A DNA stretch of 64,000 nt from Magnetococcales bacterium (GTDB lineage Bacteria > Pseudomonadota > Magnetococcia > Magnetococcales > JADFYX01). Shown piece by piece: positions 9,342-17,673 of the stretch. Numbering within the stretch: position 1 is the stretch's first letter; each line of letters begins with the position of its first letter. The stretch is from positions 1,044-65,043 of the forward strand of contig JADFZS010000010.1 of the NCBI GenBank assembly GCA_015232405.1, read 5' to 3'. The translations under genes and the position numbers were made by a program. The notes beneath the pieces were generated by a model that saw only the letters and a list, made by a program, of their open reading frames with translations, searched no databases and had not been told where the DNA came from.

Positions 9342-11462
9342 ATGTCTGTAACTCAACTGACTTGGCCACACTCACGCCTACATGATGCTCTACCATTGTT
9401 AGCTAGACATGTTGGGTTTTCATCTGCTATCACCCCCCCTACTGCTTTATCTGAAGATGACCATTCTGCGGAAACCATCCACCATTGGTTAGAAAATACA
9501 GCTACTTGGATGGGTGTGGAATTTCTGGCAGTGGGAACAACATATCCAGAGTTAGAAACCATGTTGGCTCACGCTGGACCCGCAATAATTGAAATTCCAG
9601 TGAGAGAAGGTCGTGGTTTTCTTCTGCTTATTTCTGGAAATCGTCGCCGACTTACCCTGCTAGGAGAAGATGGCAAAAAACATAAGGTTCTACTTAAAGA
9701 AGTCCGAGAGCTCCTCACCAACCATCTGGAAGCTCCCCTCAGGCCAGCCATGGAAAAAATGGTTCAAGAGTTGGATATTCCTGAACATCGCCGAGAAAAA
9801 ATATTTCAATCACTGTTAAGTGAGCAACTTAGCAGTGTACATATTGGTCGCTCTTTTTGGCTGTTACGCTTATCACCAGCAGATGATTTTTGGAAACAAC
9901 TTCGTCATGCCGGATTTGTAAGAAAAGCAGCTGTTATTTTCACCAGCACGATAGCTTTTCAATTGCTCATATTATTATCCTGGGCAGTGATTGGTAAATC
10001 TATAATTTATAGCAATAGTTTTAGCGGTGCCACTGAAATATGGTCGCTACTATTATTGACAGCCATCCCCCTTCAAGTATTCAGCATTTATAAGAAAAAT
10101 CAGATTTCTCTAGATTTTGGTGCTCATCTACGCAATCGATTGTTAGATGGCATTCTCCAGCTCAAATCAGAAGAGGTTCGCCACCAGGGTAGTGGGCACT
10201 TTCTTGGCTACATAATGGACATTGAGATATTGGAGGGACAAAGCCTGACTATGGTGTTTGCCTCTCTCATCTCATTTATTCAAATCCTATCAGCCATTAT
10301 CATCCTGATGCTGGGGGCCGGGGGCTTGTTGCATGGAATGCTGTTATTGGGTTATTTTATCTTTCTTCTCTATATATCCTATAAGTTCTACCTTGGTTCC
10401 GGGCAACAATTGGCTCATTACCGTAAAATGAGCTGTGATCTGGCAGAACGCATGATTGGACATCGTACTCGACTTTCACAGGATAATCCAAAGTATCGCC
10501 ATACCGAAGAAGATGCTCTATTGGCTCGTTATATACCACTGAGCAAACGGCAAATGAAATTCATCGCCTTTATGGAAGGTGTCGGTCGACGTGGATGGCT
10601 TCTACTCTCTATAATAGCTCTTCTTCCAGAACTTACTTCGGCTCAACCTGATATTGGCTCGTTGGCCATAAGCTTAGGCGGCACTCTTTTGGCTGCCACT
10701 GCTCTCAACCAGTTTGTAATAAGCCTCCGTAATATTTTACGGGCATCACAAGCCTGGAAACAGCTGACCCCCTTATACCACAGCTCAACTAGACGACGAT
10801 ATCAAAAACCACCTCCTTTCATCCCTGACGCTCAAATTGATCACTTGGCAAAGTCAAACTCATTGATTCAAGGAGAAAAGCTAGAGTTTTCTTATTACAA
10901 TCGCACAATTTTAAACCGCTGTTCTCTAAAAGTTGAAAGAGGTCAACGTCTACTGTTGGAAGGTCCCTCTGGAGGTGGAAAATCTACTTTAGCCGCACTT
11001 TTAGCCGGTTTACGCCAGCCAAAAAATGGAACAGTGTCACTATTTGGCCTTAACTGGGAGCAATTGGGAGAAAAAGCCTGGAGACAACGGGTAGTGATCA
11101 CTCCTCAATTCCATGAAAACCATGTCATTACCGACACATTTGCCTTTAACCTGCTCATGGGTCGCCCCTGGCCACCATCAAGACAAGATTTGCTAGAAGC
11201 TAGAACTATTTGCCAGGAACTAGATTTAGGCGACCTCTTGGAAAAAATGCCTGCAGGAATGGAACAAATGGTTGGAGAGTCTGGCTGGAGACTCTCTCAT
11301 GGTGAACGTAGCCGTCTATATATTGCTAGAACCTTACTGCAAAAAGCTGATTTGATCATCCTTGATGAGAGTTTTGCTGCCCTTGATCCAAAAACCTTGA
11401 AAATTGCCCTCGATTGCGTTTTGCGTAGAAGTAAGACACTATTGCTCATCACACACCCATGA
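9342..11462 (+). CDS. ABC exporter, permease/ATPase fusion with Cys-less N-terminal (C39-like?) domain
   Basis: Walker A GPSGGGKSTL, signature variant LSHGERSRL and Walker B LIILDESFAALD. The ~170-aa N-terminal cytoplasmic domain has no catalytic Cys. Confidence 0.8.
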   Translation: MSVTQLTWPHSRLHDALPLLARHVGFSSAITPPTALSEDDHSAETIHHWLENTATWMGVEFLAVGTTYPELETMLAHAGPAIIEIPVREGRGFLLLISGNRRRLTLLGEDGKKHKVLLKEVRELLTNHLEAPLRPAMEKMVQELDIPEHRREKIFQSLLSEQLSSVHIGRSFWLLRLSPADDFWKQLRHAGFVRKAAVIFTSTIAFQLLILLSWAVIGKSIIYSNSFSGATEIWSLLLLTAIPLQVFSIYKKNQISLDFGAHLRNRLLDGILQLKSEEVRHQGSGHFLGYIMDIEILEGQSLTMVFASLISFIQILSAIIILMLGAGGLLHGMLLLGYFIFLLYISYKFYLGSGQQLAHYRKMSCDLAERMIGHRTRLSQDNPKYRHTEEDALLARYIPLSKRQMKFIAFMEGVGRRGWLLLSIIALLPELTSAQPDIGSLAISLGGTLLAATALNQFVISLRNILRASQAWKQLTPLYHSSTRRRYQKPPPFIPDAQIDHLAKSNSLIQGEKLEFSYYNRTILNRCSLKVERGQRLLLEGPSGGGKSTLAALLAGLRQPKNGTVSLFGLNWEQLGEKAWRQRVVITPQFHENHVITDTFAFNLLMGRPWPPSRQDLLEARTICQELDLGDLLEKMPAGMEQMVGESGWRLSHGERSRLYIARTLLQKADLIILDESFAALDPKTLKIALDCVLRRSKTLLLITHP

Positions 11463-11475
11463 GGAAAACCGATAA

Positions 11476-12417
11476 ATGAACAATATAAACAACTCTTCAT
11501 CAGGCCAAAACAGCACTATTCCTCAACCAAAACCCCATCGTGGTATATTAAAACGTATACGTGAAATGCTCTGGGATAAATTGCCCTATTTTATATTATT
11601 TGGCTTTCTTATCACTCTGACGACAATCTTCCTTTGGAATCGTATAGTTATCTTTGTCGAAGCCGGAGAAGGCGGTGTTCTTTACCGACCTCTATTGGGA
11701 GAGGGTGTCATAACCGACCGGGTTTATTCTGAAGGAATGTATATTCTCTTTCCTGTTAATACTCTGACACGTTACAACACAAGGGTGCAAATTCTCCGTA
11801 CTGAATTTGATGTTCTTACCAACCGCGGCCTCCCAGTCACATTGAAATTGGCTATACGTTACCGGCCTATTTTTGAGCTTCTAGGTGTACTCCATCAACG
11901 AGTAGGTCCCAACTACCCCAATAAAATTATTATTCCACAAATTGAATCTGTATTGCGTAAAGGATTGGGGAAACATTCACCAGAAGAAATATATACAAAC
12001 AAAGGTTTATTGCTAAGTAAGTTGATTGCGCAAGCTATTGAGGAGGTAGGACGAAAATATGTAATCGTTGACGACATAATTATTCGTAGCGTTAGCCTTC
12101 CTCATGAAGTTAAGAGAGCCATTGAAAAAAAACTAATTGAAGAACAACGTTTCCTCTCCTACACCTTCCGTTTACAGACAGAAATAAAAGAGGCTGAACG
12201 CAAACGTATTGAGTCAAAAGGAATCAGGGACTTTTCTGAAAATTTGAAAGCCAGTGTGACTGCCAATGTGTTGCGCTGGAAAGGAATTGATGCAACACTC
12301 AAACTAGCTTCATCACCAAATTCCAAAATAGTCATCATAGGTGGGCAAAAAGATGGTATGCCATTGATGCTCAATGCAGGTAATTGGTCTGATTTAACTC
12401 AAAAACCCCAACAATAA
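11476..12417 (+). CDS. SPFH/Band-7 (prohibitin/HflC-like) membrane protein
   Basis: N-terminal TM followed by an SPFH-like core (VEAGEGGVLYRP..., ...QIESVLRKGLG..., EAERKRIESKGI). It starts 13 bp after the ABC gene stop. Confidence 0.75.
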   Translation: MNNINNSSSGQNSTIPQPKPHRGILKRIREMLWDKLPYFILFGFLITLTTIFLWNRIVIFVEAGEGGVLYRPLLGEGVITDRVYSEGMYILFPVNTLTRYNTRVQILRTEFDVLTNRGLPVTLKLAIRYRPIFELLGVLHQRVGPNYPNKIIIPQIESVLRKGLGKHSPEEIYTNKGLLLSKLIAQAIEEVGRKYVIVDDIIIRSVSLPHEVKRAIEKKLIEEQRFLSYTFRLQTEIKEAERKRIESKGIRDFSENLKASVTANVLRWKGIDATLKLASSPNSKIVIIGGQKDGMPLMLNAGNWSDLTQKPQQ

Positions 12418-12501
12418 ATATTTTTTAATATTTTTTATACTATCAAACGATTAAAATATCAGCTTAACCAATCTCAACGGCATATGAGGATTAAAAATTA
12501 A

Positions 12502-12666
12502 ATGCACACTTCCATTTTAATAATACTGTTTGCCAGCTTGATTGTTGGCTATCTTGGCCGTCATCGAAAAATGGGGTTTTGGGGATATTTTTTTGGTTCC
12601 ATACTATTAACGCCATTTGTCGGATTAATTCTATTAGCTGCATCCGGGCCGAAACAAAAGGATTAA
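12502..12666 (+). CDS. Small (54 aa) two-TM membrane protein, hypothetical (not in the ORF track)
   Basis: Hand translation gives MHTSILIILFASLIVGYLGRHRKMGFWGYFFGSILLTPFVGLILLAASGPKQKD, i.e. two hydrophobic helices separated by a basic loop. Confidence 0.4.
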   Translation: MHTSILIILFASLIVGYLGRHRKMGFWGYFFGSILLTPFVGLILLAASGPKQKD

Positions 12667-12962
12667 TACAGGTAGGAGTTTAGAGAACCACATAGTTCAA
12701 ACCATGTAATAGTTTCTTCATCCTAAAGCCAAATTCAACTTGAAGGAGGATAGGATGGACAAAAAGAGAAGATCTACCGTTAATTTGTATCCAAACAAGC
12801 AAGCTCCATCAAACAGTTGCCAATATATGTTGAGTGTGACTTCATGAAGCGAGTGGTCCCAGAACTTCCAGATACTGCAGTCTAATTGGTTACATTTCTA
12901 TTATGTAATATATGCAGGTAAATATAAAAACATATTGTAAATACATATACATGGACGCATAA

Positions 12963-13076
12963 TCATACTTAACTATTAACAGTTATAGAGATAATGCCAT
13001 GAATGAGATCTCTGACCTAACTGTTAATGAAAAGAGACTTCTGATGGCAATGGTAGCGAGGTGGGATGATGAGTAA
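12963..13076 (+). pseudogene. 3' remnant of a RelE/HigB2-like (COG4737-type) toxin gene
   Basis: The frame reads SYLTINSYRDNAMNEISDLTVNEKRLLMAMVARWDDE*, resembling the C-terminal ...YLLxIYxKxxxxDLTxxEkxxL tail of these toxins. A stop codon lies immediately upstream (12960). It overlaps the antitoxin start by 11 nt, as in intact TA pairs. Confidence 0.4.
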
Positions 13077-13389
13077 AAAACGCAATTTGTTTGATGAACT
13101 GAGTCAGTCTATTGATGAAGCACAACAGTTCGATTCTGGCAAAATCACTCTTAAGACAACTAAAGTCGAAGCACAACCACCATTGCATATTGATGCTAAG
13201 ACTGTTCTGGAAACCAGAGAGTCTCTCCATTTATCCAGAGGGGTTTTTGCTCGTTGGTTAAGGGTCTCTCCCAGAACATTGGAAAACTGGGAACAAGGAA
13301 GATCTAGACCCAATTCTCAAGCTGCAGCTTTGATCCTTATGATACGTAAATTTCCTGATACCGTAGATCGGTTAGCTGTTTTATCATAG
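13066..13389 (+). CDS. HTH (XRE-type) antitoxin-like regulator, COG2944/HigA2/NadS-like
   Basis: The C-terminal HTH LSRGVFARWLRVSPRTLENWEQGRSRPNSQAAALI contains the WEQGRxxP signature of this family. Size is 107 aa. Confidence 0.75.
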   Translation: MMSKKRNLFDELSQSIDEAQQFDSGKITLKTTKVEAQPPLHIDAKTVLETRESLHLSRGVFARWLRVSPRTLENWEQGRSRPNSQAAALILMIRKFPDTVDRLAVLS

Positions 13390-13644
13390 TTTCATACTTA
13401 GTTGGTTGCTCTACATAAACTTTCAAGCATTTACATCATGTTAGAAAAATCTCTATTTTTTTAGATATCTTCACATTTCTCATACTTTTCTATTTTCGAT
13501 ACCTACACGACACAACTAGAATTATTTAAATTGGTCTAGTATCATGAAAAAGTTGTATTAGCTTTCTTGTGGTTCCAGCAAACCCCAAGACATGCTTGCT
13601 AATATTTCTACCATATAAGCATGTAAAACCAACCAAGGAGCCTC

Positions 13645-14973
13645 ATGAATTCAACAGTCAAAGGTAACAAGCTCGAAAATGAAATATTTAATCTATTTTC
13701 TAAAATGATCTTGGAAAATAGATTTTTATGGCTAAAAAGTGAATGCTGTCAGATTCGAAGAAAACATGGGTACTATTCAAAAGATAGAGAAAAAAATATC
13801 ATATTCGATATTTCAGTTGAGATAACCCTACCAGGACAAGACAAATATTCACAACTAATCCTAATTGAGTGTAAAAATTACGAGCGCAAAGTTGAGTTTA
13901 GCGACGTACAAAACTTCCATTCAGTAACTCAGCAAGTTGCTTCATCAAACTCAAAATCAATTATCGTTTCAACTAATGCTTTTAATGATGGAGCTTTTAA
14001 ATTTGCAAAATCAAAAGGAATAGGGTTACTTCGCTACTTTTACTCTGATGAGCTACAATGGGTACTTGCTCGATCACCTTCTAGTATGAATCCATTGCTT
14101 TCATTTGATACTGACTATTTAAATTCTTCCTCCCATGTAATGTGCCAACAAGATATTAAAAGCAAATACTTTGATTGCCACGGATACTCATACGGTAAAT
14201 ATACAACATCATTGAACGAATTTCTGTATCGATTAGTAAATGTAGGAGCAAGTGAGAACTTTAAAAAACATTTTACCAATGTCGAAGATAAATTAAAGTC
14301 AAAGACTCGGTTAGTGCCATTCATAGCAAACAAAAAAATTGAGGCAATAAGTCAAAAAATTTTACAAAATGTCAGTTATACTAAAGGCCCTACCCCACTG
14401 GATAAAATTTGCAAAAAATTATCCGAAGATACTGGTCTAGAATTGCTACAAAACACAACCCTTGCTAAAGGCGCATTAGGGAGCATCTCGTTTGATCCAA
14501 TTGTAATCAAGTTAGCTGAGGCCCATGCAGAGGATGAGTATAGGGCGAGGTTTACTTTAGCTCATGAAATTGGTCATTTAATTCTAGAACATGGTAAGTA
14601 CATGAAAAAAGAACTGTGTCATGAATCAGATTTGGACATAGAAAATCCACGATTGATCGGAATTCAAGATATTGAACGGATGGAATGGCAAGCAAACTAT
14701 TTTGCTTCGTACCTCCTTCTACCTGAAAAACAGTTGAAGGAGTCATTTTATTTATTGGTTAAAAAGTATTCCTTGATTAATCGTGGACATGGTGTGCTTT
14801 ACGTTGACAATCAAAAATGCAACAAGGACACATATTATGGCATTACAAATCGATTAAAAAAAGAGTTTAAAACTTCTCGTAGTGCATTTCAGATACGTCT
14901 CAGGAATCTTGGGCTTCTTACCGATTTTGCGTCAATGAACTACAAACTCTCAGGACACTCATTTAATTCTTGA
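13645..14973 (+). CDS. Fusion protein: N-terminal PD-(D/E)xK (Mrr-like) nuclease domain and C-terminal ImmA/IrrE (M78) zinc metallopeptidase domain
   Basis: N-terminal D...ExK pattern (IFDISVE...LILIECKNY). C-terminal HExxH (LAHEIGHLILEH) followed by WQANYFASYLLLP, typical of ImmA/IrrE. Strong SD AAGGAG. AT-rich codon usage. Confidence 0.7.
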   Translation: MNSTVKGNKLENEIFNLFSKMILENRFLWLKSECCQIRRKHGYYSKDREKNIIFDISVEITLPGQDKYSQLILIECKNYERKVEFSDVQNFHSVTQQVASSNSKSIIVSTNAFNDGAFKFAKSKGIGLLRYFYSDELQWVLARSPSSMNPLLSFDTDYLNSSSHVMCQQDIKSKYFDCHGYSYGKYTTSLNEFLYRLVNVGASENFKKHFTNVEDKLKSKTRLVPFIANKKIEAISQKILQNVSYTKGPTPLDKICKKLSEDTGLELLQNTTLAKGALGSISFDPIVIKLAEAHAEDEYRARFTLAHEIGHLILEHGKYMKKELCHESDLDIENPRLIGIQDIERMEWQANYFASYLLLPEKQLKESFYLLVKKYSLINRGHGVLYVDNQKCNKDTYYGITNRLKKEFKTSRSAFQIRLRNLGLLTDFASMNYKLSGHSFNS

Positions 14974-15030
14974 TGGAACTCTGATGGTTTAACAATCAAT
15001 ATTAAACAAATTTATGTACGGGAGTTATGG

Positions 15031-15143
15031 AGTGGGAATTCTGGGGCCACTCACATTACCTGGAGAAATTCTTGTAATAGTTATGGGTCCACTCATTATC
15101 TATTAATGAGTTCTGGTAATTGGAAGTTTTGAATCCACTCACT
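15031..15143. repeat. Cluster of CCACTCA-core repeats (three direct ~20-bp units plus one inverted core)
   Basis: Direct units: ttctggggCCACTCACatta (core 15048-15055), ttatgggtCCACTCATtatc (15090-15097) and tttgaatCCACTCACttag (15136-15143). An inverted GAGTGGG lies at 15031-15037. A related ACACTCATTTA sits at the 3' end of the upstream CDS (14956-14966). Confidence 0.6.
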
Positions 15144-15507
15144 TAGTTCTTTGATATCACAGTAGAAATTTTGATATTTTCGTAACACCATACAAATTTG
15201 AATAAAATAGCCCCAACTGTGGACGCTAATTTTTACAAACCTACCAGTTTGCTCACAGCCACACAGCAAAGACAGACTCCCCTGTAACCGGAGTGCCGGA
15301 ACTTATACTACCTCAAAATGTCCAAATGGTCAGTTATGTGAGAAAAATCAAACAATAATACTTACTAGCTAAACAACTGTTTTATTAGGATTTGGGGTCG
15401 TATTGGAGGGGAGTTTAGAGGTGGGGGAAAATGGTGTTGTACTTACAGAAATATCCTAAAAAACTAGAAGGCAGTTAGGCTGGTTCCACTTTATTTGGAG
15501 AGGTCAA

Positions 15508-15951
15508 ATGTCACTGAAATGGCATGACAAGATAATGATGGCTATCGGTTGTGAAAAACCAAACCACCCCACAGAGACTACCAGGAAGGATGACTCCTCT
15601 TCAACCACATCAAGCCCTAATTTGCACGATGCTGCCCCCATTTTACGTGATTCTGCTCTTAAAATACGCAAAGCTAGCCTCAATTTACTCAAGACCCCTC
15701 GTTCTCCACAAAAAGAGACTCCCACCTTAGTGGATTATTATAGGGAGATCGCTCGGAGCAGGCTCAAATTACAAATGCTTGGAGAAGAGGCCAGAATAAA
15801 CAACCTTCGACTGTGTGCCGCATATCAAGGTCTAATGAAAAGCATTGATAGATTCAAAAAGTTACAAAGAAAACCACAAAACAAGGTTACCACTATCTCT
15901 CTACCCCTTTCCCAACACAATATCCATAACATTGGGCATAGGCAGATCTAA
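15508..15951 (+). CDS. Hypothetical protein (no recognisable domain)
   Basis: Only evidence is an ORF of 147 aa in an otherwise ORF-poor region. The N-terminal half is low-complexity Ser/Thr/Pro-rich and the C-terminal half is predicted helical. Confidence 0.3.
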   Translation: MSLKWHDKIMMAIGCEKPNHPTETTRKDDSSSTTSSPNLHDAAPILRDSALKIRKASLNLLKTPRSPQKETPTLVDYYREIARSRLKLQMLGEEARINNLRLCAAYQGLMKSIDRFKKLQRKPQNKVTTISLPLSQHNIHNIGHRQI

Positions 15952-15984
15952 TAAAACGTGATGGTTTCCTTTTTATTTGAGAAG

Positions 15985-16599
15985 TTACTTCTCAAGAAAA
16001 CCCAGACGAACCCCCAAACTGACAAATGCTCCTGCGGTTATGCGGTTGAACCAGATCATCCATGTTGAACGGTCATCAAGTTGATTGCGAACTGTTGCAG
16101 CAAAAAAACCATATAGCACAAAAACCACCAATGTCATGACCATAAATACCGCCCCCATACCCACCATCTGCAAGAAAACATCCCCTTGATCAGGAACAAT
16201 GAACTGGGGAAGAAAGGCTAGGAAGAACAACGATAATTTAGGGTTTAAAATGTTAATCAGAAACCCACGAATAGCGATTTTAAAATAGGAATGGCTCTTA
16301 AGATATTGTTGCTGGGCTTGAGGTTGTGCGCCTTCTTTGAGTGTCATCCAAGCCAAATAGAGAAGATAGAGCACTCCAACCCATTTGAACCATTGAAAAA
16401 TAATGGCACTGGTGTGTAACAGCGCTGCCAAGCCAAAAATTGTAGCTAGCAAATGGGGTAGAATCCCCAAAGTACAACCGACGGAAGCAGCCCAGCTAGC
16501 GCGATGGCTATGGGTTAAAGCTGTGGAGATGGTATATAGAACACCAGTTCCAGGAGCCAGAACTACAATAAAAGCGGTTATAAGAAATTCACTGTTCAT
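15985..16599 (-). CDS. LysE/RhtB family amino-acid efflux translocator
   Basis: About 200 aa with six hydrophobic segments. The N-terminal FIVVLAPGTGVLYTIS resembles the family PGP motif region. Confidence 0.75.
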   Translation of the reverse strand: MNSEFLITAFIVVLAPGTGVLYTISTALTHSHRASWAASVGCTLGILPHLLATIFGLAALLHTSAIIFQWFKWVGVLYLLYLAWMTLKEGAQPQAQQQYLKSHSYFKIAIRGFLINILNPKLSLFFLAFLPQFIVPDQGDVFLQMVGMGAVFMVMTLVVFVLYGFFAATVRNQLDDRSTWMIWFNRITAGAFVSLGVRLGFLEK

Positions 16600-16759
16600 C
16601 TTTTATGATAATTTAATACCCTCTTTTTTTAATACAGAAGAAATTATCTTTGCTTCTGGCAGCAAGATAATATAATTGCTACACGAAATATCATACCGGG
16701 CATTGTCAATCTTCCGAACACACTGATCATAGACTTTCAACCTAGATTCGGCAGGAAAT

Positions 16760-17437
16760 TCAACCGTTCTTTCGCCAATATTTTTTTAATTTGACTCTCT
16801 CTAATGAAAAATATTTTATCCTATCTTCACTATCAATTGTCTTGCCTCGATATTTTTTAATCATTTTCCAAAAACCGAGGCTTGGGATTTTATATTGATC
16901 AACCTTCTTTACTACTATACAGGTCAAAAATGGGCGTTTTTTAAGATAATCTTCCTCATCCAATACATCAAAAACATATTTGAGTTCGTGATTGCTCCAA
17001 TTGTTTTTGGTAACAGGGGAAAGTTTCATTGTTGATGCTAATTTATTGTAGTTTACTGTTCCGCCTTTTATAGCAACTTTTTTTAATTCACGAGCTACCC
17101 GTTCTTTAAGTTTAGTTCTGTTTTTTCTATTTTTTCCAAAAAGTTTACCAAACCTTTTTTTAAACTCTTTCTTGCGTTTATCTATCTTTTCCTGTTTGCT
17201 GTCACGGTCTGATTTCCTTCCAGAATTTAAACCTTCACAAACATAAGAGGCATGGGAATCCCACCCAAGGGGCCAGCTTTTAAAGACATATTCATAACAA
17301 CATGGGCATAGAACTTTTTTTGATGTGATACTATCACGGTCAAGATCTGCTGCATTCACTATAACATTGTTATAGACCTTGTCTTTTTTTACTCCTCGAC
17401 TAGTTACTTCGTTTCTTAATTTCGGTTTTATTGGCAT
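16760..17437 (-). CDS. Hypothetical lysine-rich protein with N-terminal Cys cluster (CPCC...H...C)
   Basis: ORF of 225 aa, strongly AT-rich. A putative zinc-ribbon-like VLCPCCYEYVFKSWPLGWDSHASYVCEG is followed by a highly basic linker and a C-terminal globular part. No family recognised. Confidence 0.45.
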   Translation of the reverse strand: MPIKPKLRNEVTSRGVKKDKVYNNVIVNAADLDRDSITSKKVLCPCCYEYVFKSWPLGWDSHASYVCEGLNSGRKSDRDSKQEKIDKRKKEFKKRFGKLFGKNRKNRTKLKERVARELKKVAIKGGTVNYNKLASTMKLSPVTKNNWSNHELKYVFDVLDEEDYLKKRPFLTCIVVKKVDQYKIPSLGFWKMIKKYRGKTIDSEDRIKYFSLERVKLKKYWRKNG

Positions 17438-17673
17438 GGTAATGATAATCCACTGTTTTGCTAGAAATATAAAAATTTATAATCCGTTTTTAATTGATGA
17501 TCGTATTTTATCATATCCTGTATTTAGGACTATGTCATTGATCAGCTATATAGCTTTTGGTCGGGGGAGTAGTAGATACTGGATGGTCAACATTTTTCAA
17601 CCATTAGTCAGACATGATTTTATTATCGAACGAAATACCACCCTAAATTGCCTAGACATTGTACCATTTGATT

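Noticed and set aside
12754-12882. Short ORFs behind a strong AAGGAGG SD (MDKKRRSTVNLYPNKQAPSNSCQYMLSVTS, then MKRVVPELPDTAV)
   Set aside because: They are 30 and 13 codons long and each ends in a stop. They may be further debris of the degraded toxin or another gene, but there is not enough sequence to assign.
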